A stretch of 31,133 nucleotides of DNA from a virus. Lineage: Duplodnaviria > Caudoviricetes. The first letter of the stretch is position 1; each line of letters begins with the position of its first letter. The notes under the pieces were generated by a model. It was not told where the DNA came from. It did not search any database and was given only the letters and a program-made list of their open reading frames with translations. A program made the position numbers and the translations under genes. Location of the stretch: IMG/VR virus record IMGVR_UViG_3300038329_000027, positions 1 to 31,133 of that record; one strand, given 5' to 3'. Shown piece by piece: positions 17,228 to 26,844 of this stretch.

Positions 17228-17890
17228 ATGACAGTTGAAAATATACATAAAAAAAGCCCCAAGGGTGCTATAAGATTTTCTTTAACTCTATCTGATGAAC
17301 AGAAAAAAGCTAAGACGAAAATATTAAATTATCCTTTTACATTCATAGTTGGTAAAGCAGGTAGTGGTAAAACACTGCTTGCTGTCCAAATTGCTTTAGA
17401 TATGTTTTTTAAAAGAAAGTATAATAAAATTATTATTACTAGACCTACTATATCTACTGAAGACAATGGTTTTTTACCTGGGTCTGAAAAAGAAAAAATG
17501 GAGCCTTGGTTAGTCCCTATTAGATCTAACATGAGAAAAGTTTATAATAAACCTCAAATATTAGAAAAATTAGAGAAAGAAGAAAATATTGAATTGGTTT
17601 CATTAGCTCACTTCCGTGGTAGAACGTTTGACAATTCCATAATTATTATAGATGAATTTCAGAACTTAACCAGAGCTCAGTTAGCAATGGTATTAGGAAG
17701 ACTTGGAAAAGATTCAATGATGATTCTTTGTGGAGATAGTCAGCAAATAGATTTAAAAGATGCCAACTATTCTGCTATACATGAAGTGGCTAAAATAATT
17801 AGTTCTGATTTTGTACATAAAGTTATTTTAACAGATAACCACCGTCATCAGGCTTTAAATGAGGTGCTAGATTTACTAGCAAATAATTAA
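17228..17890 (+). CDS. phoH: PhoH-family ATPase
   Basis: GKAGSGKT, IIITRP, GFLPG..KEKMEPW, RGRTFD, IIDEFQN, GDSQQID. Confidence 0.95.
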   Translation: MTVENIHKKSPKGAIRFSLTLSDEQKKAKTKILNYPFTFIVGKAGSGKTLLAVQIALDMFFKRKYNKIIITRPTISTEDNGFLPGSEKEKMEPWLVPIRSNMRKVYNKPQILEKLEKEENIELVSLAHFRGRTFDNSIIIIDEFQNLTRAQLAMVLGRLGKDSMMILCGDSQQIDLKDANYSAIHEVAKIISSDFVHKVILTDNHRHQALNEVLDLLANN

Positions 17891-17907
17891 AAGAAATATT
17901 ATAATGA

Positions 17908-17939
17908 TTTGTTTAAGGCATTATAATTTATTACATTTA
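17908..17939 (+). promoter_or_regulatory. near-consensus Bacteroidetes sigma70 promoter
   Basis: TTTG (17908-17911), 20-nt spacer, TACATTTA (17932-17939), 19 nt before ATG 17959. Confidence 0.55.
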
Positions 17940-17958
17940 CATTTTAAAAGTTTAAACT

Positions 17959-18873
17959 ATGCGCTATAAAAAAGCAACACAAACAACACAAAATTATTTA
18001 GAAAATACACCTTTACCGGTTCATGGTAAGAGTTATACAGTTATATCACACAAGAGTGTGATAGATAACACAAAAAAATTATTGAAGGATAGTGGTTTTA
18101 CTATTACTCAAGAAATATATAGAGCAAACATGAATGCCCAGGTTGCCCAAGGCATATATCATATTCGCCCTGATAATACTCAAAATGATTTAATCAATAA
18201 TGAGAAAGAATTAGGGATGATGTTTGCCTGGACTAACTCTTATGACAAGAGTACAAGGTTTCAATGTGCTATAGGAGCACAAGTTTTTGTATGTGGCAAT
18301 GGTATGATGTGTGGAGATATGATGAATTTCAAAAGAAAACATACAGGATCAGCAGGTCATGACATGGTTGTGCAATTAAGTAACCAAATCAAAAATGGTG
18401 AAAAGCATTATACAAGAATGATCACTGATAGAGACGCATTAAAAAATATATCTCTAACTAAACGTGAACAATCTGAATTATTAGGAAGATTGTTCATTGA
18501 TGAAGAAATTATTACCTCTTCACAGATTAGTTGTGCTAAAAAGGAAATAAATAAACCTTCTTATATTTACAGCAGCAATGATGACAATGCTTGGACATTT
18601 TATAATCATATAACTCATTCATTAAAAATGTCTCCTCCAAGAGATTGGATGCAGGATAGCCAAAACTTTCATGATTTTATGATGACTGAAGTTGTACAAG
18701 CGCATTCACAAAGTGCCATTGCTGATATTGATTTTTCAAATTTTGAAACTAATCAGGATCCGAATTTTAATATTGATGATGTAAAAAATATCATTAATGA
18801 AAATGTTAAAGCAATTGAAATTGATGAGGAAATAAAACCTCTGCATTTAAACCATGAATTTTATACAATTTAA
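17959..18873 (+). CDS. DUF932-family protein
   Basis: SYTVISH, NSYDKS..F...G..VFVCGNGM, KHTG, NAWTFYNHIT; acidic low-complexity tail. Confidence 0.75.
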   Translation: MRYKKATQTTQNYLENTPLPVHGKSYTVISHKSVIDNTKKLLKDSGFTITQEIYRANMNAQVAQGIYHIRPDNTQNDLINNEKELGMMFAWTNSYDKSTRFQCAIGAQVFVCGNGMMCGDMMNFKRKHTGSAGHDMVVQLSNQIKNGEKHYTRMITDRDALKNISLTKREQSELLGRLFIDEEIITSSQISCAKKEINKPSYIYSSNDDNAWTFYNHITHSLKMSPPRDWMQDSQNFHDFMMTEVVQAHSQSAIADIDFSNFETNQDPNFNIDDVKNIINENVKAIEIDEEIKPLHLNHEFYTI

Positions 18874-18964
18874 TAGTTGATTGTTATTGGGCAAATACTA
18901 ATAATAGCAGGTTGCATGTATCTTTGTTTCAATAATGAATTTGAAAATCGAGAAAGATAACCAA

Positions 18965-19000
18965 CCGGGGGAGATTTTAATTTCCCCTGGCTTTCTCTTA
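18965..19000 (+). terminator. probable Rho-independent terminator
   Basis: CCGGGGGAGA-TTTTAA-TTTCCCCTGG hairpin followed by an imperfect T-rich tract (CTTTCTCTTA). Confidence 0.6.
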
Positions 19001-19018
19001 TTCTTTAATTAAAAAAAA

Positions 19019-20984
<1,966 letters not shown>

Positions 20985-20993
20985 TAGTCGGAT

Positions 20994-21191
20994 ATGAAAA
21001 AGCTTATAGAATTTGCACTTATATGGTATAGTCAACAAATGGCTATACCATTTTGGGTTGTGGGTCATATTCATTTATCTATAGCTACATATCATGATGT
21101 ATATGAAATATTAACCAGTGTAGGTTTAAATGTAATTGTTTTAATTGGATTTATCTTAGATTATAAAAAAACAAAAAAAGATGGAAATTGA
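20994..21191 (+). CDS. small membrane protein
   Basis: 65 aa; hydrophobic segments with a basic C-terminus. Confidence 0.7.
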   Translation: MKKLIEFALIWYSQQMAIPFWVVGHIHLSIATYHDVYEILTSVGLNVIVLIGFILDYKKTKKDGN

Positions 21192-21534
21192 AGAAAAAGA
21201 TATAGGTGCTATAACTGCATGTGAAATGTTATACCCAGAAATGGCTAATGCATTTAGAGAAGTACAAGCAGAACAATATACTTTATTTTGTCGTAAACAA
21301 ATGGATTATGGTCCTACCAACATTGCTTTAGGTAGGGATTTAGCAATAAAAGAAAATAAACAATTCAGTCACCAGGGTTTATGGTTTCGTATGAATGACA
21401 AAATATCTCGCATACAAAACTTGCTTTGGAATAATAAAGAAGAATACAATGAATCTTTAGAAGACTCTTGGATTGATTTAGCTAACTATAGCATTATAGC
21501 CATGTTAGTTAATAGAAATAAATGGGGTAAGTAA
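21181..21534 (+). CDS. DUF1599 / nucleotide modification-associated domain 1 (Nmad1) protein
   Basis: KQMDYG..NI, RMNDKISRI.NL, ESLEDSWIDLANYSIIA. Confidence 0.85.
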   Translation: MEIEEKDIGAITACEMLYPEMANAFREVQAEQYTLFCRKQMDYGPTNIALGRDLAIKENKQFSHQGLWFRMNDKISRIQNLLWNNKEEYNESLEDSWIDLANYSIIAMLVNRNKWGK

Positions 21535-21547
21535 AACGTTTAAACTT

Positions 21548-22771
21548 TTACTGTTTTACTGTTACATTAATTGAACCAGCAACAGGTGATCCTGATAGGT
21601 CTACTAAACGTATTTGAAAACTACTTGTAGTTTTTGCAGTTATATAACTATTATTAGTTCCTGGTGAATCATCACAGTACACCATTATTTGGTAATTTGT
21701 ATCAAGAGAAGATTGAGCCCAAGATACAGTCCATTCACCGGTACCTGTGTAAAGTACAGTTAATGCACCAAAACTACCACTAACAGCACTGCCACCAGAT
21801 ACTAAACCTGTAGTATTAGCTCTAAAAGAAACTTGTGTTAAAGGACTAGTTTCAGCATACGCATCAAATAAGACATTTAAAGTTGAACGGAATGCATTAT
21901 GTGTACCTGATGCGTCACCCCATAACAACCAATCGCTACCCGTTGGAGCAGTAGATAAAGGACTTGATTCAACAATATTATCAGAACCTAAATAATCTAC
22001 TCCAAAATTAATTGTATTAGGAGTTCCTGCTGTTAATCCTAAAGTAAGCCCCGTTCCTGTAAATGTAAAATCTCCACTCACAGCTGTTCCTCCTATATCA
22101 ATACTATTTACAACAGTGGGGACTGCTATTTCTACAGTTGTATTATTTACACCAGAAAATGCAAGACTGATATTAGCTCCAGCTGTAACAGATGCAATAT
22201 TACCTGGGCTGGTTACTAGATTACCCCATTTAATTTTTTTATTTTCATCTGCTCCTGGAGCCACATCTGTTACATAAAATAGATCGTCTGAAGTCATTCC
22301 TGTTGCTAGATCAACTAACGAACCCGGACTCATGCCTACAGTTACTACACCAGATGTTGTAGATGTAATAATACCGGCATAGCGAGCCTGATTAGATGCC
22401 ACCACACTTGTAACAGGAACTATTGCATCAATTGTTATACGATCAGTTCCAGTATTAGTAAGAGTTATATTAGTGCCCTCTTCTAAAAGAATTAAATCTG
22501 TTGATCCACTTGATGCAGCTAAATTTATACCTACATTAGCGCCAATCGTGGAACTATATAAATCATATGTAGTGTCACCATCGGCCATAGCAACAATAAA
22601 GTCATCCATACGCATGGTAAAGGCTTCCATTTTAGGAACATAACTAGAACCAGTATTTAAAGAACTTTGACTTAACCTACTAAACTCAATGTAATCTTGA
22701 GTTGGTCTAAATGCGCTTTTTCTTTTTCCTAATTGTAAAAGTCCCAGAACCTCTTGTACGAATATACTCAT
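21548..22771 (-). CDS. putative virion fibre / receptor-binding-like protein
   Basis: Gly/Thr/Ser-rich beta repeats (EGTNITLT, TAGANISLA); C-terminal TGEWTVSW...NYQIMV...KTTSSFQIR domain typical of fibre tips. Confidence 0.65.
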   Translation of the reverse strand: MSIFVQEVLGLLQLGKRKSAFRPTQDYIEFSRLSQSSLNTGSSYVPKMEAFTMRMDDFIVAMADGDTTYDLYSSTIGANVGINLAASSGSTDLILLEEGTNITLTNTGTDRITIDAIVPVTSVVASNQARYAGIITSTTSGVVTVGMSPGSLVDLATGMTSDDLFYVTDVAPGADENKKIKWGNLVTSPGNIASVTAGANISLAFSGVNNTTVEIAVPTVVNSIDIGGTAVSGDFTFTGTGLTLGLTAGTPNTINFGVDYLGSDNIVESSPLSTAPTGSDWLLWGDASGTHNAFRSTLNVLFDAYAETSPLTQVSFRANTTGLVSGGSAVSGSFGALTVLYTGTGEWTVSWAQSSLDTNYQIMVYCDDSPGTNNSYITAKTTSSFQIRLVDLSGSPVAGSINVTVKQ

Positions 22772-22778
22772 GATATTT

Positions 22779-23123
22779 TTATATATATAAGGCGGCTACT
22801 GTAACTGTGGTTACTGCAGTATAATCAATTTCTAATGTACCCGCTGCACTATTAAAAGCATCTACTTCAAAAGGGCCTAAAAACCCTTCTTCACCTGCTG
22901 CTAATATTAGTGATGCTGTTTCTTTTGTTAATGTTCCTAATAAGGGATCTATAACTGTTGTGACAACAGGAACTACTGATGCAGTTACTGATCCACCACT
23001 TCCATTTTTTATATGAAAATACTGTATACCTGTATTTGTCAGCAAATCACCATCTGCTGATGCAGAAGCATAAACAGGCTTTAATCCTGCTTGTGTTATT
23101 TTTTGTGCTACTAAAGTTGCCAT
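22779..23123 (-). CDS. small beta-rich virion protein (decoration-like)
   Basis: 114 aa, Ala/Thr/Gly/Val-rich, located among structural-type genes; function inferred. Confidence 0.5.
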   Translation of the reverse strand: MATLVAQKITQAGLKPVYASASADGDLLTNTGIQYFHIKNGSGGSVTASVVPVVTTVIDPLLGTLTKETASLILAAGEEGFLGPFEVDAFNSAAGTLEIDYTAVTTVTVAALYI

Positions 23124-23133
23124 AATTTATTTT

Positions 23134-23367
23134 TTATCTATTTCTGTAGCCGTTTTTAAAAGCTGCTGATTGTTCAGGTTCAGAAGCTCTTGTAGATGAA
23201 CGTTTTATCTCAACACCTCGTGCTGCTAAACGCATTCTAGTTGCTGTAGCGGTTGCATTTTTCTTAGCTTGTATATTAGCCGGGATTGTAGTTGGGTTAT
23301 AATAACCGTTAGTTGTTTCCCTTTTAAATACTTCTCCCTGTAGAGGGAATGATGCTTTCTTTGCCAT
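23134..23367 (-). CDS. small basic hypothetical protein
   Basis: 77 aa, Arg/Lys/Ala-rich, tightly packed in the late operon. Confidence 0.75.
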   Translation of the reverse strand: MAKKASFPLQGEVFKRETTNGYYNPTTIPANIQAKKNATATATRMRLAARGVEIKRSSTRASEPEQSAAFKNGYRNR

Positions 23368-23381
23368 GATATTTATTTTTT

Positions 23382-23582
23382 TTATTTAACATAATCTTTT
23401 TTAGCAGATCTTCTAATATCTCCTGCGTTACCGCCATATGATGCTTTACTCATTATTGGATCTAATACAGAACCACCATCCCTAAAACCTTTTAAACCTC
23501 CTCCTTTGGCCATTGATGTCATTGCTGCTTTTTGTGGAGTAACATCTCCATCTCCAGCTCCATAAGTTTTTTTACTTCCCAT
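23382..23582 (-). CDS. small protein with repeated xxxGG motifs
   Basis: MAKGG, FRDGG and ASYGG within 66 aa. Confidence 0.75.
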   Translation of the reverse strand: MGSKKTYGAGDGDVTPQKAAMTSMAKGGGLKGFRDGGSVLDPIMSKASYGGNAGDIRRSAKKDYVK

Positions 23583-23617
23583 ATTTTCTAAATTTTATAT
23601 ATTATACTCTCTTACTT

Positions 23618-23628
23618 TAATTTACGAA
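23618..23628 (-). promoter_or_regulatory. candidate phage late promoter motif (TTCGTAAATTA)
   Basis: 9/11 match to the motif at 25767 and 26543; intergenic, upstream of the 23582 start. Confidence 0.4.
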
Positions 23629-23629
23629 A

Positions 23630-24085
23630 TTATTTCCTACTTTCAGCACTGGTACCATAGTAATAAGCAAAAATGTTACTGATAACTACACCTTCTATCA
23701 TACCCATTAGATGAATAAAAAGTTCATTTTCTAATACACTAGGTATATAGACTACTGCATATATTGTAAAAATAAATGAAAGTAATCCTGTTACACCAGT
23801 AAGCAACATCATCCAATCTTGCTTTTTAGTTTTAGCTATTTCAACTTCTCTTCTTCTTGCAGAATCTCTATCAGCTACTTCTAAAGCATACATTTCTTGA
23901 ATATATGATTTAGCTAATTGCTTATCTTCTATAGACATGTTAGGATCCTCCTTAATAAGATTACCCACCATTCCTAATACACCTGCATCTGGCAATAACT
24001 CACCAGCAACAGTTAGAATACTTGGAGCAACCTTTAATAAGAATTCACCAAGTTTAGTATCTTTAAATTTCTTTTTATCTTCCAT
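23630..24085 (-). CDS. holin-like membrane protein (GTA_holin_3TM-like)
   Basis: EVADRDSARRRE motif followed by two TM helices ending in AYYYGTS. Confidence 0.7.
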   Translation of the reverse strand: MEDKKKFKDTKLGEFLLKVAPSILTVAGELLPDAGVLGMVGNLIKEDPNMSIEDKQLAKSYIQEMYALEVADRDSARRREVEIAKTKKQDWMMLLTGVTGLLSFIFTIYAVVYIPSVLENELFIHLMGMIEGVVISNIFAYYYGTSAESRK

Positions 24086-24093
24086 CTTACTAT

Positions 24094-25062
24094 TTATTTA
24101 TAGATTACCATGTTGACTAACATATCAAAAGGATTACCACCTGCATTTGCTGCTTTTACTCTAAATTGTGTAGTAGTTTGAGTATCTGCATATACTTGTG
24201 CAGCACCAACTAAAGCATTGCTAGATACATTAACTATATAATCAGCATTTGCTAAAGCTGTAGTCCATGATACAATCCAACTTCCTGTTGCATTATTAGT
24301 TATTGTTATTCCAGCTAAATCAGTTGTATAATTTGAGTTTATAATGCTAGATGCATCAAAAGAAAAATAACCTATAGGACCCAAGCTTTGTGCAGGGAAA
24401 TTTCCTAAAGTTCCATCGCCTAATACAACTTGTGATGAAGAACCTGCCCCGGCTACACTAAGAGACCCATTAGCAGTAAGAGGTGTATTTGTAACACTAA
24501 ATGCAGAAGGCATAGATAAACCAACGCTTGTTAAACCTGTGCCAGTTGTAGTTAAATCAATTTCATTATCGTGAGATGTAATAGTTATAGAAGCATCTGA
24601 CGATGTTAATGATTTAAAATTAAGTATTTCACCAACTTTGTCTTTCCATAGACCCGCGCCTGTGCCTACATTAGCTGCAGTATTTGGTTCTCCTGTTGTA
24701 GTTATCTCTACATAATTGTCATCTGTAGATGTAGCAAATGTTAAGTTACTACTCATAGATTTTAAAGATCTAAAATATACAGTGCATGCCTGTGTTGTTA
24801 CATCAACATCAGTCTTTTGATACACCGATCCTAAACCTGCTGGTATAAATACTGTAGGAGAGTTGGCATGAGCACAATGTTCTGCAGCAACTTTAAAATC
24901 TTTTACTTTAATAACCTTAACTGACTTGTAAGGAATAGGAGAAGCAATGCCCGTCATTTCAGGTTCTTCATTAACCCCTATAACTAAAACATCGTTAGGA
25001 CCTGCTTTTTCTGCAAATATCCCTCTTCTAATTAAACTTAATACATCGGTTAGAATGTTCAT
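24094..25062 (-). CDS. putative virion fibre protein, paralog of the 21548 ORF
   Basis: Start at 25062 (MNILTDVLSL) avoids overlap with the upstream gene; LTSVGLSMPSAFSVTNTPLT fibre repeat; C-terminal TGSWIVSW...DYIVNV...QTTTQFRV. Confidence 0.7.
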   Translation of the reverse strand: MNILTDVLSLIRRGIFAEKAGPNDVLVIGVNEEPEMTGIASPIPYKSVKVIKVKDFKVAAEHCAHANSPTVFIPAGLGSVYQKTDVDVTTQACTVYFRSLKSMSSNLTFATSTDDNYVEITTTGEPNTAANVGTGAGLWKDKVGEILNFKSLTSSDASITITSHDNEIDLTTTGTGLTSVGLSMPSAFSVTNTPLTANGSLSVAGAGSSSQVVLGDGTLGNFPAQSLGPIGYFSFDASSIINSNYTTDLAGITITNNATGSWIVSWTTALANADYIVNVSSNALVGAAQVYADTQTTTQFRVKAANAGGNPFDMLVNMVIYK

Positions 25063-25064
25063 AT

Positions 25065-25289
25065 TTATTTTTTCTTCTTGGGTCCACTGTGTGTCCAACC
25101 ACCCATTTTATACTCTTGATAATACTCTTCACCTTTTGCATTAGAGGTTATTCTTTGTGCATCTCCCCCTTTTCTCATTTTTTCTTCTAGTGAAGAATAC
25201 ATGAGGCTATCTATTTCACCACCAGAGCTTTTACAAAGAAGCTTAGCTTGTTGCTTCAATTTTTGACGTTGTAATCCGTGCTTTTTCAT
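25065..25289 (-). CDS. small basic protein with repeated xxxGG motifs
   Basis: KSSGG, MRKGG and YKMGG within 74 aa. Confidence 0.75.
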   Translation of the reverse strand: MKKHGLQRQKLKQQAKLLCKSSGGEIDSLMYSSLEEKMRKGGDAQRITSNAKGEEYYQEYKMGGWTHSGPKKKK

Positions 25290-25299
25290 GATTTATTAT

Positions 25300-25443
25300 T
25301 TAATAATCTAATGTAAATGTTACAATAAGTAAGTATAGTTTTAAAGTGGAATACTCACATTCATCATCAGGAGTCATATGTTCCCAGCCTAATGCACATC
25401 TATTATGCGGCCAATGAAATGCTATTTCTAAACTCCAATTCAT
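25300..25443 (-). CDS. 47-aa hypothetical protein
   Basis: MNWSLEIAFHWPHNRCALGWEHMTPDDECEYSTLKLYLLIVTFTLDY*; fits the gap, starting 2 nt after the upstream stop. Not in the ORF track. Confidence 0.7.
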   Translation of the reverse strand: MNWSLEIAFHWPHNRCALGWEHMTPDDECEYSTLKLYLLIVTFTLDY

Positions 25444-25445
25444 TA

Positions 25446-25568
25446 TTACTTACAACTACAATTTTTACATGTACACCCTTTTTCATATGCGCAGATTTCT
25501 TTTTTACAATGGCCTAAGCATACTAAACCAAAAGTCAACCAACGAATAATTATACAGAGGTTTCTCAT
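25446..25568 (-). CDS. 40-aa Cys-rich peptide (8 Cys)
   Basis: MRNLCIIIRWLTFGLVCLGHCKKEICAYEKGCTCKNCSCK*; fits the gap in the operon. Not in the ORF track. Confidence 0.65.
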   Translation of the reverse strand: MRNLCIIIRWLTFGLVCLGHCKKEICAYEKGCTCKNCSCK

Positions 25569-25584
25569 AACTATAATTTATAAA

Positions 25585-25746
25585 CTATTTTTTACCTTTA
25601 ATAGCTTTTTTGACAGCTTTAGCTCTTGATTTAGTTTCTTTAACTACCTCAATTACTTTTTCATCTACTTCAGTTTTAGACCATAAATAGTTCCAAACAT
25701 CTTGCAGACTGCAGCTCCATAACAAACAAAAAAATTTCTTAATCAT
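25585..25746 (-). CDS. small basic hypothetical protein
   Basis: ATG at 25746 (MIKKFFCLLW) preferred; the TTG at 25776 lies inside the promoter-like motif. Confidence 0.7.
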   Translation of the reverse strand: MIKKFFCLLWSCSLQDVWNYLWSKTEVDEKVIEVVKETKSRAKAVKKAIKGKK

Positions 25747-25766
25747 ATCTTTATACTTTATACTAT

Positions 25767-25777
25767 TAATATACAAA
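25767..25777 (-). promoter_or_regulatory. candidate phage late promoter motif (TTTGTATATTA)
   Basis: Identical 11-mer also at 26543-26553; both intergenic and followed by (T)ATAGTATA. Confidence 0.55.
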
Positions 25778-25809
25778 TTTCTTGCAACTTAAACAAATAT
25801 TAAAGCACT

Positions 25810-26124
25810 CTACTTGTTTTTGAGCCTTTCATTTTCTTTTTCCAAGAAATCTACTTTAACATGTAATGTACTTACTTCTTTTGTTAAAGAAAGTATTTGA
25901 TCTCTCATAATATCCTTCTCTTCAGAACTATCCACCAATAATTTTTCTAATCTTTTAACTCTATCTCGCAGGTCATCTCTATACATATTTTGATCTGTTC
26001 TATCTAATGTGTCTAATTCAGTTTTTAATTTAATTCTACGTTCATAAAATCTCCATGCTCCAGCAGAAAATAGCACAGTTATCACCGTAACTAATACGTT
26101 AGTTATGTTGTCATATTGATCCAT
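25810..26124 (-). CDS. N-terminal TM + coiled-coil protein (possible lysis accessory)
   Basis: TM NVLVTVITVLFSAGAW followed by a heptad-rich charged region. Confidence 0.7.
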   Translation of the reverse strand: MDQYDNITNVLVTVITVLFSAGAWRFYERRIKLKTELDTLDRTDQNMYRDDLRDRVKRLEKLLVDSSEEKDIMRDQILSLTKEVSTLHVKVDFLEKENERLKNK

Positions 26125-26125
26125 T

Positions 26126-26494
26126 TTACTTTTTTTGTTTTCTATAATATTGAGATGTGACCGTTATTAAATTTATGGTAGACATCAAAACAGGCATAAG
26201 CCAAAACCAATTTGCAGAATTTAAAATTCCTTTATTTAAAAATAACAATACTATAACAACTATTGAAAAAAGAAAAGAACCATAAGCCAAGGTTTTTCTT
26301 GAGCGTAATGATTCAATACAAGTACCCTTAATAAGGGAAATACCTAAGAGCAGGCTTATTGTAATAAGCACTGTTTGAAAACCAAACTGAGAAGTCCATA
26401 TAGCAGGAAAAAATAAAAGCCAGATTATACCTAGCAATATTTCTATGGGTTCAGAATCGTAATATTTTAATATAACACTAAGTTTCTTTAACAT
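26126..26494 (-). CDS. integral membrane protein (about 4 TM helices)
   Basis: Four hydrophobic stretches in 122 aa; stop is 1 nt from the next start. Confidence 0.75.
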   Translation of the reverse strand: MLKKLSVILKYYDSEPIEILLGIIWLLFFPAIWTSQFGFQTVLITISLLLGISLIKGTCIESLRSRKTLAYGSFLFSIVVIVLLFLNKGILNSANWFWLMPVLMSTINLITVTSQYYRKQKK

Positions 26495-26510
26495 CTTTAT
26501 ATATATATAG

Positions 26511-26518
26511 TATATTTG
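26511..26518 (+). promoter_or_regulatory. possible sigma70 -7 element (TATATTTG) for the + strand cassette
   Basis: Exact TAnnTTTG in the divergent intergenic region; TTTA (not TTTG) 20 nt upstream. Confidence 0.45.
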
Positions 26519-26542
26519 CTATATGTGAGGTCTATACTATAA

Positions 26543-26553
26543 TAATATACAAA
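26543..26553 (-). promoter_or_regulatory. candidate phage late promoter motif (TTTGTATATTA)
   Basis: Heads the - strand block upstream of the 26494 start; identical to 25767-25777. Confidence 0.55.
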
Positions 26554-26563
26554 AAATTCATTT

Positions 26564-26752
26564 ATGGAAAAAGTAAATCCTTTAATATTTAAAAATAAAG
26601 TAAGCATAGAACTTCTCCCAACGGAGACTCTATTTGGCTTAAAGCTCATTAACTGTGAAATTCTATGTGACGATGATAAATATCATTCAGTCTATGGAAT
26701 AGAAATGGGTTTTATATTTTTTACAATTAGTTATGCAAATATGAGATCATAA
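26564..26752 (+). CDS. 62-aa hypothetical protein
   Basis: ATG-initiated ORF preceding nrdB. Confidence 0.65.
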   Translation: MEKVNPLIFKNKVSIELLPTETLFGLKLINCEILCDDDKYHSVYGIEMGFIFFTISYANMRS

Positions 26753-26784
26753 CTTTCTTAATTAAGCATAAATTTCTTAAATTG

Positions 26785-26822
26785 ATAGAGGCTGTATTTC
26801 CTAATGGAAGTACAGCTTTTAT
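26785..26822 (+). promoter_or_regulatory. long hairpin in the nrdB leader
   Basis: ATAGAGGCTGTATTTCC-TAAT-GGAAGTACAGCTTTTAT, 17 pairs including G-U. Confidence 0.65.
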
Positions 26823-26844
26823 ATCTTTAAATAAATCTAACAAC

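Noticed and set aside
18877-18960. TTG-initiated 27-aa hydrophobic ORF (LIVIGQILIIAGCMYLCF...) after DUF932
   Set aside because: It has a weak start directly after tandem TAA TAG stops. It may be a small or decayed gene but cannot be supported from sequence alone.
21530-21552. Inverted repeat GTAAAA...TTTTAC at the convergence of the early and late blocks
   Set aside because: Nearly all A-T pairs and overlapping both stop codons; too weak to call a terminator.
26496-26514. (TA)n run as an NrdR box or microsatellite upstream of the RNR cassette
   Set aside because: It lacks the conserved C of the NrdR palindrome, has no tandem second box, and is expected by chance in AT-rich DNA.
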